DNA of 64,000 nt from Arcobacteraceae bacterium (lineage in GTDB: Bacteria; Campylobacterota; Campylobacteria; Campylobacterales; Arcobacteraceae). Below are positions 60,914-64,000 of this stretch, piece after piece. The position numbers and the translations under genes were made by a program. The stretch covers positions 1 to 64,000 of the forward strand of contig OY759974.1 of NCBI GenBank assembly GCA_963662945.1, written 5' to 3'. Below the pieces are notes generated by a model. The model made no database searches and had not been told where the DNA came from. It saw only the letters and a program-made list of their open reading frames with translations. How positions within the stretch are numbered: the first letter of the stretch is position 1; every line of letters starts with the position of its first letter.

Positions 60914-63901
60914 TTGAGCCAAACACCTGAATATTTATATAGTGAACTTCCAGCCATTGAGCTTTTCCAAAAACTTGGATTTAGTTACTTTGACGCTAGT
61001 GTTGCTGATACAAGAGAATCAATCAGTGAGATTATTTTAGAAGATAGATTAAAACAAAGTTTATTAAAAATAAATCCATGGCTTCAAAATAACACTTTAG
61101 AAAAAGTAGTTAGAAAACTAAAAAATATTCAAGCAACAACGCTTATGGAAGCAAATCAAATTGTATTTGACCTTATCACAAAAAAAGATTCTATAACAGA
61201 AAAACCAACTCCTGAAGCTAAACCACAACCTGTTTTTATAATTGATTATGAAAATATTGAAAATAATGATTTTTTAATAGTGAATCAAATGAAATATCAA
61301 GGAAGTGTAAAAAACTCTATTCCTGATATAGTAGTTTATATAAATGGTTTACCTTTGGCAATTATTGAAGCAAAATCTCCAAAAGTATCTATTACTGACG
61401 CTATAAGCGATTTGAGTTATTATCAAGAAAATTCTCAAAAGCTTTTTTATTATAATCAAATTTGTATAGGTATGAATAAAGGAAAAGCACTTTATGGAAC
61501 TATCGGTTCACAGTTTGAGCACTACTCAAAATATAAACTAGAAGATACAAAAGAGCTTGAAGAGTTAGTTGAGAGAACCCCTACAGCTCAAGATATTTTG
61601 ATATATGCACTATTTAAGAAAGAAGTTTTACTAGATATTATTAGAAACTTCACAATTTTTGAAATAGACCAAGGAAGAACTATAAAAAAACTTCCAAGAT
61701 ACCAACAGCTAAGAGCAGTTAATAAAATCTTAGATAGATTAAAAACTGAAAATAAAGGTGGTGTTGTTTGGCATACACAAGGTTCAGGAAAATCTATTAC
61801 AATGGTTTATTTAGCTACGAAACTGCGAAGAGAAGAAGCAGGATTTGATAATCCAACTATTTTAGTAGTAACTGATAGAATAGATTTAGATAATCAAATA
61901 AGCTCAACATTTAGAAGAACTGGATTTGCTAATCCAATTCAAGCAGTTAGTATTTCAAACCTGAAAGAGCTTTTAAAAGACTCTTATGGAAAAACTTTAA
62001 TGACAACTATTCATAAGTTCTCTGAACGAGCAGAGGAGAAAAAAGAAGAGATAGAAATATTAAGTGATAAAGTAAATATTTTTGTACTGATTGACGAAGC
62101 ACATAGAAGCCAATACGGAATGACAGCTTCATATATGAGAAACTCTTTACCAAATGCAAAATTTATTGCATTTACAGGAACACCAATTGATAAAGAAGAA
62201 AAATCAACACTTAGAACCTTTTATGGTGGAAGTGATTATATTGATAAATATACAATCAAACAATCAGTTGAGGACGGAAATACTTTAGCTATTAGATACC
62301 AAACTGGAATGCCTGAATATTTTATAGAAAAAGAGCATATCAACAAAGAGTTTGATATAGTTTTTGAAGGTGTTAGTGAAAAAAAACTTGAATACCTTAC
62401 AAGAAAAGGCTCAAGTTTAGATATTTTTATGAGTGCAAGAAGAAGAGTAGAAGAGATAGCAAAACATATAATTAAACACTTTAGAGAGAAAATCTATCCA
62501 AATAACTATAAAGCAATGCTAGTGTGTCATAATAGATACCAAGCAATAGCGTATCAAAAAGCATTTTTACGCCTTAAAGAGCAAGGTTTAAATTCTTTTG
62601 AAACGAAAGTTATCATGAGTTTTGATAATAAAAAAGACCCAATTGAATTTAGAGAATTAGCAGTTGATCAAGAAAATATAAAAACTGCAATTGAAGATTT
62701 TAAACTTCCTTTTGGAAATGAACATGAAAAAGCAAAAAGTGGTGATAAAAAATTTGATAATACAGCAATTTTAATTGTTTCAGATATGCTACTAACTGGA
62801 TATGACGCTCCAATAGTTCAATGTATGTATATTGATAAACTATTAAAAGAACATACACTTTTACAAGCAATAGCAAGGGTAAATCGTACAAAATCAGGAA
62901 AAGAGTACGGTTTAGTAGTTGATTATGCAGGTATTACAAACTATTTAACAGAAGCTTTAAAAATATTTAGTGGTGATTTAGAAGCCCATGAAGTTATGAC
63001 AGATATTGAAAATGAAAAAACTATTTTAGAAAATAGACACTCTAAAATGGTTGCATTTTTTAATGATATAAAAATTGATAGATTTAAAGATAGAGTTAAA
63101 TTTGTGGACGAATCTGTTTTATACTTAGAGCCTGAAGATTTAAGAGATAAATATATTGATTTAGTTAAACAGTTTAATAAATCAATGGATATTGTTTTAC
63201 CTGATTCTTTTGCTTTAAAATTTGAATATGATTTAAAACTCTTTAACGACATTAAACTAGAAGCTGTAAATACTCATACACCTGATAAAATGTTTCTTAC
63301 AAGAGATGAAACTAAAAAAATCCAAATGATAATAGATGAGCATTTAAGAGCTACTGGTGTTCATTATTTATTACATGAAGCAATGGATATAACAGACCCT
63401 GAAGCTTTTAGAAAAGAATTGGAAAATAAAAGTGGTAAAACAAAAGAACTTACAATTGCAAATAGAATAAAACATACTATTCAAGCAAATAAAAAAGAGA
63501 ATCCTGATTTTTATAAAGATATTGCAAAAAGACTTGAAGAGTTAATCAAAGCAAAAGAAGAGGATAGAATCTCTCAAGCACAACTTCTTATAGAGTTTGA
63601 TAAGCTTCAAGACGAAATTAGAAACTCTAAAGAAGAGTGGAAAAGATTAGGACTTAGCTCACGTGAGCAATTTCCAATATTTAAAACTTTAGAAAAAGTT
63701 GTTTCAGACCCAAAAGAATTTACAATTGCAGTTTTTGATAAAGTGGGTATGTATCTTGAAAAATCAGATTGGAAAGACCATGACGATATAAAAAAAGAGA
63801 TTAGAAAAAATATAAAATCACTTTTAAGAAATAATGGAGTTGATAAAGAGTTAGTTAATTCACTCCCAATTAAAATATTGGATATTTTAGAAAATCAATG
63901 A
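60914..63901 (+). CDS. hsdR: Type I R-M restriction subunit
   Basis: PD...IEAK nuclease, HTQGSGKS, DEAHR, FTGTP, LTGYD, QAIARVNR. Confidence 0.97.
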   Translation: MSQTPEYLYSELPAIELFQKLGFSYFDASVADTRESISEIILEDRLKQSLLKINPWLQNNTLEKVVRKLKNIQATTLMEANQIVFDLITKKDSITEKPTPEAKPQPVFIIDYENIENNDFLIVNQMKYQGSVKNSIPDIVVYINGLPLAIIEAKSPKVSITDAISDLSYYQENSQKLFYYNQICIGMNKGKALYGTIGSQFEHYSKYKLEDTKELEELVERTPTAQDILIYALFKKEVLLDIIRNFTIFEIDQGRTIKKLPRYQQLRAVNKILDRLKTENKGGVVWHTQGSGKSITMVYLATKLRREEAGFDNPTILVVTDRIDLDNQISSTFRRTGFANPIQAVSISNLKELLKDSYGKTLMTTIHKFSERAEEKKEEIEILSDKVNIFVLIDEAHRSQYGMTASYMRNSLPNAKFIAFTGTPIDKEEKSTLRTFYGGSDYIDKYTIKQSVEDGNTLAIRYQTGMPEYFIEKEHINKEFDIVFEGVSEKKLEYLTRKGSSLDIFMSARRRVEEIAKHIIKHFREKIYPNNYKAMLVCHNRYQAIAYQKAFLRLKEQGLNSFETKVIMSFDNKKDPIEFRELAVDQENIKTAIEDFKLPFGNEHEKAKSGDKKFDNTAILIVSDMLLTGYDAPIVQCMYIDKLLKEHTLLQAIARVNRTKSGKEYGLVVDYAGITNYLTEALKIFSGDLEAHEVMTDIENEKTILENRHSKMVAFFNDIKIDRFKDRVKFVDESVLYLEPEDLRDKYIDLVKQFNKSMDIVLPDSFALKFEYDLKLFNDIKLEAVNTHTPDKMFLTRDETKKIQMIIDEHLRATGVHYLLHEAMDITDPEAFRKELENKSGKTKELTIANRIKHTIQANKKENPDFYKDIAKRLEELIKAKEEDRISQAQLLIEFDKLQDEIRNSKEEWKRLGLSSREQFPIFKTLEKVVSDPKEFTIAVFDKVGMYLEKSDWKDHDDIKKEIRKNIKSLLRNNGVDKELVNSLPIKILDILENQ

Positions 63902-64000
63902 TTGAATCTATAAACTATGGAACTCAAACAATAGAGTTTGAGATTCAAAGAAAAAAATCTTGTAAAAATACATATATTACAGTTGAACGAGATATTGGTG
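63898..64000 (+). CDS. Probable YgjP/DUF45-like metalloprotease (5' fragment)
   Basis: ATGA overlap with hsdR; MIESINYGTQTIEFEIQRKKSCKNTYITVERD resembles the N-termini of these genes, which commonly follow hsdR. The HEXXH motif would lie outside the window. Confidence 0.6.
   Translation, partial: MIESINYGTQTIEFEIQRKKSCKNTYITVERDIG

Noticed and set aside
4610-63252. Many 60-190 aa antisense ORFs in the track (e.g. 9688-10254, 14177-14521, 55385-55795)
   Set aside because: They lie within well-supported genes, mostly on the opposite strand, with no motifs or RBS.

Overview
AT-rich chromosomal window from a Campylobacterota (epsilon-proteobacterial) genome, most like Arcobacteraceae judging by gene content and protein style; this assignment is inference. 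Most of it is housekeeping and signalling: aspS, hemN, argF, murA, thiL, truD, ruvA, ddl, ttcA, folK, kdsB, rsmD, fumC, rsmH-ftsL, acnB, speA, cysE, three intact and one degenerate GGDEF proteins, an MCP with a CheZ-like partner, and a Spy/OmpR/HK module. There are three accessory blocks. (1) 518-3494: a minus-strand integron-type cassette array with no integrase in the window. It has two intact attC sites, one truncated attC, an attI-like GTT junction and a promoter. Its cassettes encode a SIR2-like NADase, a CAP12/Pycsar-type TIR protein and a small membrane protein, so it looks like an anti-phage cassette array. This is the most notable feature. (2) 46457-55987: a corrinoid uptake/completion operon (btuB, DUF4430-like, btuF/D/C, cobB/cbiA, 48-aa ORF, bluB, APH-fold kinase, cobD, cbiB). 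The kinase is a candidate non-PduX Thr/Ser kinase, and a leader ORF ending in SPP sits where a B12 riboswitch would be expected. (3) 56912-64000: a type I restriction-modification locus with an embedded Fic gene followed by 41-bp palindromic tandem repeats. I saw no rRNA, tRNA or CRISPR array. All family assignments come from motif recognition by eye, not database searches.
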